A DNA stretch of 64,000 nucleotides from Hemiscyllium ocellatum (lineage: Eukaryota): the NCBI RefSeq assembly GCF_020745735.1, contig NC_083409.1, positions 9,723,534-9,787,533 on the forward strand, read 5' to 3'. Below the pieces are notes generated by a model. It saw only the letters and a list, made by a program, of their open reading frames with translations, was not told the DNA's origin and ran no database searches. Position 1 is the stretch's first letter, and every line of letters begins with the position of its first letter. A program made the position numbers and the translations under genes. Below are positions 24,788 to 36,454 of this stretch, in pieces.

Positions 24788-27399
24788 TCCATTTGCCACA
24801 CCTCTGCCCATTTCCCCAAATGATCAAGGTCCCACTGTACTCTCAGATAAGCTTCTTCATTATCCACTGTACCACCAATTTTGATGTCATTTAACAAACT
24901 TGCCATAATTCCTATATTCACATCCAAATCATTTATTTAAATGATGAAAAGCCGTGGACCCAGCACCAATCCTTGTGGCACACAGCTGACATCTGATCTC
25001 CAGTCTGAAATGCAACCCCGTACCACCATTCTGTCTCCTATCTTGAAGTCATTTTTTTTACCCAAATGGCTAGCTCCCCCTGGATCCCATGTGGTCTAAC
25101 CTTACTAATCAGTCTACCATGTGGAGCCTTGTCAAATGCTTTGCTGAAGTCCATAGTGTCTACTGTTCTGCCTACATCAATCTTCTCTTCAAACAACCTC
25201 AATCATGTTAGTGAGACACGATTACCATGCACAAAACTGCATTGATTGTCCAAATGCATGTAAATCCTGTCCCTCAGAATTCACTCCAATAACTTACCCA
25301 GCAATGACATCAGGTTCACTGGTTTATAGTTCACTGGCTTTTCCTTACAACCTTTCTTCAATAATGGCTAACATTAGCCAACCTCTCTGGTTCTTCAGAA
25401 CCTCACTCATGGCTGTCAGTCAGAAACATACATCAGCAAGGGATCCAGCAATCTCTTTCCTCGCTTTCCACAATGTCCTGGGATACACCTGATCAGGTCC
25501 TGGAGATTTATCTACGGTCTTGCACTTTAACTCATCTTCTTCTGTAATGTGGACTTGTGTCAAGACATTACTATTTACTTCCCAAGTTCCCAAATTTCCA
25601 TGTCTTTCTCCATGATAAATACTGACCTGGAATATTCATTTAAGACCTAAACCATTTCCTGTGGATCCACCCAGAGGTACATTGTTCATCTTCATGGGGC
25701 CCTATTCTCTCTCTAGTTACTCTTTTGTCCTTTTCTTATTTACCATAATTCTACCACTTTTGCCCTTGAGTAAGTTCAGGAATTGTTTGCCCTCCTTCAA
25801 ATGTATCTCGACTATACCTGGTCCACATCCTCTACTATTCTTTTCAGGATTTTCCTGCCAACCTTTGATCCCACTTTATTCAGATCCGATACATCCATAT
25901 CCTACAGAAGCTGGCATTTTCCCCAGTGAAGATGTTTGACCCTGAAAAGGCCTTTGTTCTTTTCTACCGTCACCCTCAACTTTGTGATACAATGATCACT
26001 CTTCCTTAAGTGTCCTCTCACTGACACTTGATCCACTTGGTCCTCCTCATTCCCAAGATCCAGATCTAGCAGAGCCTCCTTTCTCATTGGACTGGAAACA
26101 TGCAGCTGGAGAAAATTCACATGAACACACTCTCACGACTCTGGCCCCTCTGTCCTTCACACTGCTACTACCCCAGTCTATATTCAGAAATTAAAGAAAT
26201 GCCCCCCAACCCCATTTATAATGACTATTATATTTGCAGGTCTCTGTAAATTCCTTACAAATGTATTCCTCTAAATCCTTCCCACTGGGTGGTGACTTAT
26301 TGACTGCACTGATGATTCTGTGGACCTTGGTGTTTCTCTCTGATAGTCCCTCCTGGCTTCCACAGCCCTGCCAAGTTAGTTTAAACCCTCTCCAACAGCA
26401 TGAGTAGACCACCTCAAAGGAATTCAGTGCCAGCTCTGTTCAGGTCTATCCAGGTCCCATCTCCCCCAGACGCAGTCCCAATGTCACAAGAATCTAAAAC
26501 CCTCCCTCCTGGATTCTCTTTCCAGCCCCACAGACACTTGTGTTATCCTCCTGTTCTTCTTCTCACTTGCCTGGGGCACTGGGAGTAATCTGAAGATTCC
26601 TACTTTTGAGTTCCTGATGTTAATTCCCTTCTGAGCTCCCTAAATTCTGACTGCAGGACTACATCGCTTTTCTCCCTCTGTCACTGGGACCGATGTTGCC
26701 TGTTCCCCCCTCCCCTCAGGGTGCTCTGCAGTCGCTCAGTGACATCCTTGACCCTGGCACCAGGTAGACAACACACCATCCTGGATTCCCATCTGCAGCT
26801 GCAGAAACACCTATCGACTGCCCTCACTCTCCAATCTCCTCTCACTATCACTCTTCCAGTCTTCCTTATACCACCCCCCTCCCCAATACAGCTGAGCCAC
26901 CAGTGGTGCCATGGGTTTGGCTCTGGCTGAACTCCCCAGATGAACCATCATTTTCTTCAGGATTCCAAACTGAATCCTGTTTGGAGAGTGGGATACATTC
27001 AGGGGATTCCTGTACTAGCTGCCTGGTCCTTTTGGACTGTCTGCTGCTCCCCCATTCCCTCTCTCCCTGCATACTCTGAAGCTGCAGAGTGACCACATCT
27101 AGAAACGTGCTCTTCACGGAGCTCTCAGCCTCACGGATGTTTCGCACTGACACCAGCTGCTGCTCAAGCTCCGAAACCCAGAGCTTCAACTGCTGTCACT
27201 GACCACACTTCCTGCACTCTTGGTATTCCAGGAACTGGGAAGCATTCTGAAATTCCCACATGGATGCACACTCTCTCCACTCTTTGGTTATCTCTTGGCA
27301 AAGTTCTGATGACAAACAGCTACAGCAGGTCTCACAGTCCAGTGGGTTCAGTGTTCCAGGGTTTTGGGAAAACTGTCCAGAAGACTTTAAGAAATAGGA

Positions 27400-30300
27400 G
27401 CAGAAATCAGCCATTCAGCCCATTGAATCTGCTCTGCCATTTGATCTTGGCAGATATGTTCCTCACCCCATTCTTCTGCCTACTCCACAGGAACGTTCGA
27501 TCTCCTTAATAATCACAAACCTATCTATCTCTGTCTTAAATTCACTTCGTGACTTGGCCTCCACTGCCCTCTGTAGCAATGAGTTCCACAGATTCACCAC
27601 CCTCTGGCTGAAGAAAGTCTTCCTCATCTCAGCTCGAAAGGTTGGCCCTTCATTCTGAGGCTGTGCCTTGGTTACTGAGTCTCTCCTGTTTTTGGAAACA
27701 TCTTCACCATATCCACTCTACCCAGGCCTATCAGTATTCTGTAAATTTCAATTAGGTCCCTCCTCATCCTTCTAAACTCCAGTGAGTACAGACCCAGAGT
27801 CCTCAACCACGCCTCATATGACAAGCCCTTCATCCCCAGGATCATTCTTGTAAACCCCTCCAATGCCAGCACATTGTTTCTTAGAATATGGGTCCCAAAT
27901 CTGCTCACAATATTCCAAAGTCAGTCTGACCAGAGCCTTACACAGCCTCAGCAGTACATCTCTGCTCTTGTATTCTGGCCCCATTGAAATGGATGCTAAC
28001 ATTTCATTTGCCTTCCCAAGCACAAACTGGACCTGCCTGTTAACCTGAAGGGAAACCTGAATAAGGTTTGTGCTTTAGATTTCCAAAGGCTTTCCTTATT
28101 TTGCAAACAGTCTTTGCATCTCTTCTTCCTCCCAAAGTACACACCCTCACACTGTTACACATTGTATTCTATCTGCCACGTCTTTGCCCACTCTCCAAGC
28201 CTATCTAGGAAATTTTACAGCCTTCTCACTTCCTCAACACTACCTGTCCCTCCACCTATCTCATGTCACCTGCAAACTTAGCAACAATGTCTTCACTTCC
28301 TTCATCCAGATTGTTAATGTATAACGTGAATAGTTATGGTCCTAACATTGACACCTGCAGAACTCTACTCGTCACCAGCGGCCATTGTTCCTCAGGCTCT
28401 GCTTTATGCCAACCTGCCAGTCCTCAATCCATGCCCTACATTGCCCCTAATACTGTGGGCTCTTATCTTATGTTAAATGCCTTGTGGAAATCCAAATAGA
28501 TTACTTCCTCGGACTCTCCTTTGTCTGACTGGCTCATTGCCTCCTCAAAGAATTCTAACAGATTTGCCAGGCATGACGTTTCCTTGATGAAGCCATTGCA
28601 CTTCCAATCCTCTGCAATTTCATCCTTAAATTGAAGTCTAAAACCTTACCAACAACTGAGTCCTGGCTAACTGGCTGATAATGTCCCATCTTCTACCTCC
28701 CTCCATTCTTAAACAGGGGTGGTATGTGAGCCATTTTCCTGTCCCTTGCCCCCACCAAATCCGTCCTCATCTCACCTGCACACCGTGACTCCATTGATTA
28801 CTGAAACATCATCACCAATGCCTCCACAATCTCCTCAGTGATCTCCTTCAGAACACACTGGTGTAGTTCATCCAGTCTGGGTGAGTTATCCACATTCAGA
28901 CCTTCCAGCTTCCCCAGTACCTCCTCCTTAGTGATGGCCACTACACGCCCCTCCGACCCCTGACAGTCTTGAAGTACTGGTACACTGCATGTGTATTCCA
29001 TGATGCAGACTGATTTTAAATAAATATTCAAATCTTCTGCTATTCCTTCATTTCCTCTTATTCTTTCTCCAGCCTCATTTTCCAGTGATCCATAGTCTAT
29101 TTTTGACTCCCTCTTCCTTTTTATACACCTGATAAAACTTCTGCAATCTTCTTTTATATTACTGGCTAGATAACTCCCACATTTCACCTTCTCCACCCTT
29201 AATGATTTTTCAGTTATCCCCTGCAGGTTTTTAAAGGCTTCCTAATCCTCGGGCTTCCCACTATTCTCCACCACATTGTGTGCTTTTTCTTTTGCTTTTA
29301 TGCTGTCCTTGATCTCCCTCATCAGCCATGGTTACATTGTCCTCCCCTTGGTATGTTTCTTCCTTTTTGGGATGAATTCCTGTTCTGCTTCCTGAATTAC
29401 CCCCAGAAGCCCTGCTGTTTGCTGCCCCACCATCTTACCTGCTCGGCTCCCTTTCCAACCAACTCTGGCCAGCTCCTTCCTCATGTCTTTCGAGTTACCT
29501 TTACTCAATTGAAATACTGTTCCATCTGATTGCAGCTTCTCTCTCAAACTACAGGGGGAATTCTATCATATTATGGTCACTTATCCACAGGGATACTTTC
29601 ACCTTAAACTAACTCATCATGTTTGCTTCAATACGCATCACTGAATCCAGACCTGCCTGTTCCATCATGGCTCAACCACAAGCTGCTCCAAAATCCATCT
29701 CGTCGACATTCCATGAAATCCTTTCCTTGAGATACACTACCCAGCCCACCTATCCATTGAAGTCTGCCCTGACCTTTTCTGTCTCCTGATTGATTTCCTT
29801 CCCCACACCCTGATTACTGCTTGGAGACCTGGACATAACTTGCATCAGATTCTTTATTTATTGCAGTTCCTCAGCTCTACCCACACAGATTCTACACCTT
29901 CTGACTCTACATCACTTCTTGCTATTGATTTAATTTCATTTCTCACTAACAAGGCAACTCTTCCCCCTCTGCCCATCTGCCTGTCCTTTTGATAGGATAT
30001 ATAACCTTGGGTATTTAGGTCCCAGCCCGGATCCCCTTACAGCCATGTCTCTGTGATACCCACAACATTGTACCTGCCAGTTTCAATCTGCACTACAAAC
30101 TCATTGTGTATACTGTGTGCATTTAAGTACAACACACTCAGTCCGACATTGACTGCCCTCCTTCTCATCATTGTCCCCTTATCTGCTGTGCTTTATGTTC
30201 GATTCCTGATCCTTTCTGTACTCTCTGTCCTTTTACATCTTCTAGAAACTTGAATAACCTTTCCTGAGCCCTCCTCCACTTTAACTGGTTTAAATTCCTT

Positions 30301-31480
30301 AGGAACTCAATTTACCTCAATTTGTGGCATCACTTTTACTCCCTTACTCGGAATGCTTTGTGCATTTAGATACAACCTCTTTAAATTTGTACTATTATTG
30401 ATTTTCCATGCACTTTCATGGTTCCTTCGATGTTCAAAACTTCCATCCCTTTCTTTTATTTTTTGGTAACAATCAATCCCATCACTAACCAGCAATCCTA
30501 CCTTCTCCTTTACCTTCCATTTTCTCATTTTCCATCCAACTGAACCAAATTCCTTTCTCTTTGGGTTGAGTTCAGGCCAATATCATTAAGCCAACATCAT
30601 TATTGCTCTTTGATCTCAGTGCTTCTAGTGGGATCTTGCTGTGTAGAAACTGGCTGCCACGTTACTGACATTGCAACAGTGACTGCTTGTCAAACAAAAA
30701 TGCCTGAAAATGTCTTTCAGAGAGCCTAAAATGTTAAGGGCTGGATTGAAATACAGTTAGAGTCAGAAGGATGGACAGCACAGAATCAGACCCTTTGGTC
30801 CAACTCGTCCATGCTGATCAGATATCCGAAATTAATCTAGTCCCATTTGCCAGCATTTGGCCCATATCCCTCTAAACTCTTCCTATTTACATACCCATGC
30901 CTTTTAAATGTTGTAATTGTACCAGCCTTCACCACCTCCTCTGGCAGCTCATTTCATACATTTAACACCCTCTGAATGAAAACGTTGTCCCTTAGGTCCC
31001 TTTTAAATCTTTCCCCTGTCACCGTCAGCCTATGCCCTCCAGTTCTGGACTCCCCTGCCCTGGAGAAAAGATCTTCTCTATTCACTCTATCTATGCCGCT
31101 CATGATTTTCTAAACCTTTATACGGTCACCCATCAACCTGCAATGATCCAGGGAAAACAGCCTCAGCCTATTCAGCCTCTCCTTTTCACAGTAACACTCC
31201 AACCTTGGCAACATCCTTGTAAATCTTTTCTCAAACATTTTAAGATTCACAACATTTTTCCTGTAGCAGGGAGACCAGAATTGCACACAGTATTCCAAAA
31301 GTGCCCTAACCAATGTCCTGTACAGCCGCAACAGCTCCCAACTCCAATAATCAATGCACTGACCAATAAAGGAGAGCAAACCAAATGACTTTGTCACTCC
31401 CCTACCTACCTGCAACTTCATCTTCAAGGAACTAATCTTCATTTTTTGGATGAACTGAGAGTCTTTCAGTTGTGTAAGAT
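27400..31480 (-). mobile_element. Further antisense CR1 LINE fragments in the J-C intron
   Basis: Peptides LEYCEQIW, DNSPRLDELH..VLKE and LEYCVQFWSPCYRK. Reverse-complement 3' UTRs at ~27400 and ~30760. Confidence 0.85.
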
Positions 31481-33971
31481 GCCATTCCATGGCACTGTTG
31501 GATGAAGAGAAGGCAGTTCCCCCTGGTGTCCCTGGTCAATATTTATCCCCCAGTCAAAATCACTCAGAATGTATTTCTCTGCTAATTATCACATGGTGTT
31601 TGGGATCTCGCTGTGCACAGTCTGCTGGAAAGATCCATTGGGACATGCTGAGCTGGGGGCAGGTGCTACATCAGTGCAAGTCTTTCTTTAAGGGTTGGAG
31701 TCTCCTGATCCGGATCCTCATCCATTGTCTACGCACTCTCACCTTCCGGGGTCATGAGGTCATTAGGAGCAGTGACCCTGTCTGACCCTAGGACACTGAG
31801 ATTCTTTGCAGCCTCACCCTTGACCTCAGCCCAATATTGTGCAGCAAGGTTTGAAATATAATCTAGAACCTTCTACACAGACACCCCAACGTGACTGTTT
31901 CCTGAAGTGTGTGGATCCGAGTCTGCTCCAATGTTCTCGGATAAAGTTCTCCTGATCTGTGGGTGATCGGAGGTTTGTTAAAGAGATATCACGCTCCATC
32001 CCACTTTCCAGCTCTTGCTCCATAGCTCTGGAGGTTTCGCTGTTTCAAGTGAATATCTAAGTGTTTTTTCAATGTGATGAAGGTTTCTGCCTCTCCCACC
32101 CTCTCAGACAGTGAGTCCCACATCCCACCAAGCTCTGGGTGAAAACAAATACCCTCAACTCCCCTCTAATCCTGCCCCCAACTGATTTCAATCTCTCCCC
32201 AGGGTTATTGCCCTCTGTGTTGGTGGAAATCAGTCCTTCCTACACACCCTATCCAAGCCCCTCATTATTTACACACCACCATCAAATCTCCCCTCAGCCT
32301 CCTGCGATCCAAAGAAAACATTCCCAGCCAATTCAACCATTCCTCAAAGCTCAAGGTCTCCATTCCAGATAAACTACTCCTCTGTCCTGGTCTCCTGTGG
32401 GATCACATCCTCCCTGTAATGTGGTGACCAGAACCGTACACTGTTCTCTCACTGTGCTCTAACTGGGGTTTTATACAGTTCCAGAAGAAACAAACTCCTT
32501 GCTTTCACAGTCAACCAAAAATGAGATAAGGGAGGTGATGGTCTAATGGTGTTATTGCTGAGCTGTTAATCCAGAGATCCAGGTAATGTTCTGGGGACCA
32601 GGGTTAGAATCCAGCAGATGGTGGCATTCAAATTCAATCGAAACAAAATCTGCAATTTAGAGAGTAATGATGACCACGAAACCATCGTTGATTGTTCGGA
32701 AAAAAAGTCATCTGATTCCCTAATGTCCTTTAGGGAAGGAAACTGCCATCCTTACCATGTGACCCCAGACACACAGCAATGTGGGTGACTCTAAACTGCC
32801 CTTTGGGTGATTCGGGATGGGCAATAAATGCTGCCGATCCAGCAATGCCCTCATTCCATCAAGGGAAAAGGAAAAACAGTTTCTCCCATGTGTCTTCTGA
32901 ACCACCTCACTGACCTGCATTAATCACCATGGCCACATCTTCCAGCTCCACACCCATCTGACTTCCAGCTTCAAACTGACGAGAGACATTCCTTCACTAT
33001 CTGAGAAACAGATAGAAACATCAAACACAGGAGCAGCAGTAGGCCATTCGGCCCTTCAGACCTGCTCCACCATTCAATATGTTCATGGCTGATCATCCAA
33101 CACAGTCCCCTGTTATGCTTTCTCCCCACATTCTTTGATCCCTTTAATCCTAAGAACTATATCTAATTCCTTCTTTAATACACATTGCATCTAATTCCCT
33201 TTTGCTGGAAAAATGGATGACAATTATTGAGTTGGATGCAATTGGCTGATGAGCCTTTTCGGTCTCTATGAATCTTTGACCCTATTATTATATATTATGA
33301 ATAACTGGGTACCAAGGACTGACCCCTGTGACACCCTAAGTTGTAATTATCTGCCATTCAGAAAAAGACTCCTTCTTTCTGTGCTGTCGGCCAACCAGTA
33401 CCCAATCCATGTCAGGACATGGTCCCAATCCTCTTGTTCATTTGGTCTAGATCTGGAAGTCCCACCTTTACTCTTTGTAGGAACAGATTCTGAATGATCT
33501 CTGACTCGTCCTTCGAGGGCTCCCACTGCCCTGACACTGATTTCCCATCATGTCACTGCTTCCAGTCCACTTTTACCAAAGCACCACACAGTTTAGTTAA
33601 ATGAAAACTTTTACACTTACTGCACTTCCATCCATACTCTCAATCTCACTGAGATTTGAGCACTGTCGCTGAAATGCTCCCACAGTGATAACCCTTCCAG
33701 TTGCTCACAGTCATTCCATAAACGATGGTCCAGAACTGTCCCTTCTCTTTTACCATCACCTTCTCAGGGGCAATTAGGGATGGGCAATAAATGCTGGCCC
33801 TGCCAGTGACTCTCACATTCCCAGGAAGCAATTTGAACAATGCCTGTTCATTTGTCAGGTTTATTCTGTATTGACGAAAAATATTCTAAAAGATTGTAAT
33901 GCCAGTGAATTTTGTGAAGGTTGAATTCCCTTTGAAAGACAGGGATTAAAATTGCTCCTCTTATCTTTCAG

Positions 33972-34300
33972 GCCGTGAAAACTCTCAGCCCAAGCTGACC
34001 CTGCTGTCCCCCTCCCCGGAGCAGGTCAATGCCAAGGGCACTGCCACCCTGGTGTGCCTTGCCAATCACTTCTATCCCGATGAGCTGGAGGTGCAGTGGA
34101 AGAAGGACGATGCAGTCATTTCGGACGGGGTTCAGACCAGCAACTACCTGCGAGCTTCGGACAGCACCTACAGTGTCAGCAGCCTGCTGACCCTCTCTGG
34201 GTCTGACTGGGAGTCCAACGCTCGCTTCTCCTGTGCCCTCACCCACGTGACCCTCCCCTCTCCCCTCAGCAAGAGCATCAGGAGATCAGAATGTGTGTAG
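33972..34300 (+). CDS. IGKC: Ig kappa-type light chain constant exon C1 (S-RENSQPKLTLL...VCLANHFYP...W...FSC...RSECV*)
   Basis: Acceptor TCTTTCAG|GC. The J-end A plus GC gives AGC (Ser) in frame. Ig C1-set Cys/Trp/Cys are present, and the terminal ECV carries the heavy-chain-linking Cys. The spliced CDS is 49+330+329 = 708 nt = 235 aa plus stop. It resembles shark type III/NS4 (kappa) C regions as I recall them. Confidence 0.95.
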
Positions 34301-34829
34301 AGTGTTTGAGACAGTCCACAGAGGAGACACAACTTTAAATAGAACAGGGCTGAGCTGGCAGGACAAAGGTCATTGTCAGCACTGAATTTCAACTCTCTTC
34401 CTTCTCAGGACTGCTCAGGGAACCTTCTGAGGTTTGGATGTTAAAGCAGGTCATTGTGACAGTGTCAAGAGAGCTTTATGCAATGTCAACCATCATGCTG
34501 TACCTTGTCCTGGGAGTGTTTGATGGGGACATGGTTGACTTGTGATGCCAAGTAAAATCTCTTGAAGTTGCTGAAGACTGTCAGCTGTACAAAACAATGT
34601 GGACCTCAGAATTCTCTGCTTCAGTAAACCAGATCTTCTTCCTGCTCAGCCACCAGTTCCAATTTAAGGTTTTGTCACTGTTTAAAGGGACAGGATTATC
34701 GTGTCATTGAGAAAATCTCCACAAGTGTTTTTCTCAAGCTCCAATGTGGCTGTGAATTTGAGCAGCTTCCTCTGTCTGGGCTGTTAATTGCAGTTGTTTT
34801 TTTTCTGTCAATGTAAATCTGGAAAAGGG

Positions 34830-34835
34830 AATAAA
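34830..34835 (+). terminator. Polyadenylation signal of the light-chain gene
   Basis: AATAAA about 530 nt after the stop, followed by a GT-rich tract. It is conserved at the homologous position in both other C copies (47865-47870 and 60960-60965, minus strand). Confidence 0.75.
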
Positions 34836-34889
34836 GATGAAGATTCAGTCTCTGTCTCTGTGTGCTTTGGAAATAGATGACCTCCCCCC

Positions 34890-35125
34890 CCGCACATCAG
34901 TTGATTGGCTGCATTTCAGCAGGTCGTTGTCAAGATTGGCTGGTTAGCCTGTCAATCAATTACAATCATCAATCATTATTCATTTTCAAATGATCCCTTT
35001 AATCAGGGATTTGTGTAGGTTACAAGATTCCAAAAAGAACAGAAACTGAAAGCTGTTAGGACTCAATAAATACAATCTGATGCATTCCCTCTTCACTTTG
35101 TTGGTCCAGGCCCAGCTGATGGGAT
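34890..35125. promoter_or_regulatory. Candidate 3' regulatory module downstream of C1
   Basis: E-box abutting ATTGG (34904), second ATTGG (34935), GAAACTGAAAG IRF-type motif 35042-35052 and CAGCTG 35113-35118. All are retained with the same spacing in the C3 copy. Function is inferred. Confidence 0.5.
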
Positions 35126-36454
35126 CGTACTGTGCAATCTCTGCTACATGTTGAGTAGCTGCTGAAACAATCTTCTGCCATTCACCAACGTTATCGGCCT
35201 TATGTGTCTCTCTGAGCATGAGTGTTTAACTTAATGTTGCCTGCAGGTCTCTGAGTGTGGGTGTGTTACTCAGTGAGACACACACAGACAGCACTGAGTA
35301 ACAACACCCACATTCGGAGACTCCTGCAGGCAGCATGGAGTGTGAGCATGTTACTCAGTGTGGCTCTCTCTCAGTGTGAGTGTGTTACTCTGTGCTGCCT
35401 GTCGGTGTCTCTCTGAGGTCTGTGTCTCCAAGCGATGGATTGAGAATGGGCTTTGTGCTGGGGATTGAAGATCAGGCTTTAATCTTCTCAAATCATGAAT
35501 GAAAAACAGTTCAGCTGATTCAGTCTGAGATGGCAGCTCATTCAGATGGCCAAAGTTTCAAATCACACATAGTCAAATGGGTTTATTTGGAAATAAAAGC
35601 ATTTGGAGCACTACTCCTTCATCAGGTAGCTGGAAGGATCGTTGGACACAGAATTTATGGTCAATTCAGATGGCAGCTGAGAAAGGTGGATACTGAGAGT
35701 GTATTCTCAGTAAGTGAGGAATTTCAGAGGCAGTGGGCACTGTGCTCCCAAATGTGTTGCTCAATTCCGAGGAGAATTTCCGAATCCAAGGTCAGAGCAG
35801 TCGTGGCTGCCTGCCCAGCAAATGCTGGCTCCCCATAGTCATATTTCAGTGTTTAATTAACCCAAAACAAGGTGCAGCAATATTACCTTCCAGGGAGGGG
35901 AGCTGTCTGAGGGAGGAAGGTTGAATGCTTGCAGCCCCAAGAGAGGTTGCGGTGGATTAATGACAGGTATGACCACCATGAAGGTGCCACTTTCTCTCCC
36001 CCTGTCCCACCTGTGATGACCCTCAGGTTAAAAGTGTGACTGCTCTGGGATGATGACCACATTCCTGGGTGATGGAGGGAAGGTCAACTGCTCCCAAAGG
36101 CAGCACAAGCTGGATCGAAGGTTAAACAAGAGTAAGCATGGGGAGATTGAGGGTGACAGAAGGAGGGGGTTGGTTGGCAGGTTGTTATTCAGAGTCAGGT
36201 ACCAGAGTATCAGTCCTTCTGACATGCCCCTTTCTATCTGTCAGCCGGGGCTCCCTGATTGGACAAAGGTAACTGTCCCTGTCAGGGAACTCATATTTTA
36301 TCAAAAAGAATAAAACATTTATTGAACAAGGAGCTCAAGAGTTAAACAACACTGGACAAAATAATGGTTTGAAAGGTTTCATTATGAACATTGCAAATGA
36401 GATTTGGTGAGGACCTTTTTCACTCAACGGTTGGTGGGAATCTGGAATGGACTG

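Larger units (their letters stand above)
23600..27400 (-). mobile_element. Internally deleted CR1 LINE in the J-C intron, antisense to the IgL gene
   Basis: ORF1 (CSSC...ECRKC, WVSELEQQL), endonuclease (LDLDLGNEEDQV, SDH) and RT C-terminal peptides on the minus strand. Confidence 0.85.

Noticed and set aside
34409-34545. 45-codon frame after the UTR acceptor, in phase with the J donor, with a hydrophobic stretch (LYAMSTIMLYLVLGVF) suggesting a membrane-anchored VJ isoform
   Set aside because: An open frame this short is common by chance. The hydrophobic part comes from the ~66-bp repeat unit, it is short and followed by acidic residues, and the frame closes after 7 codons in C3. It should be revisited only if junction reads to 34409 are found.
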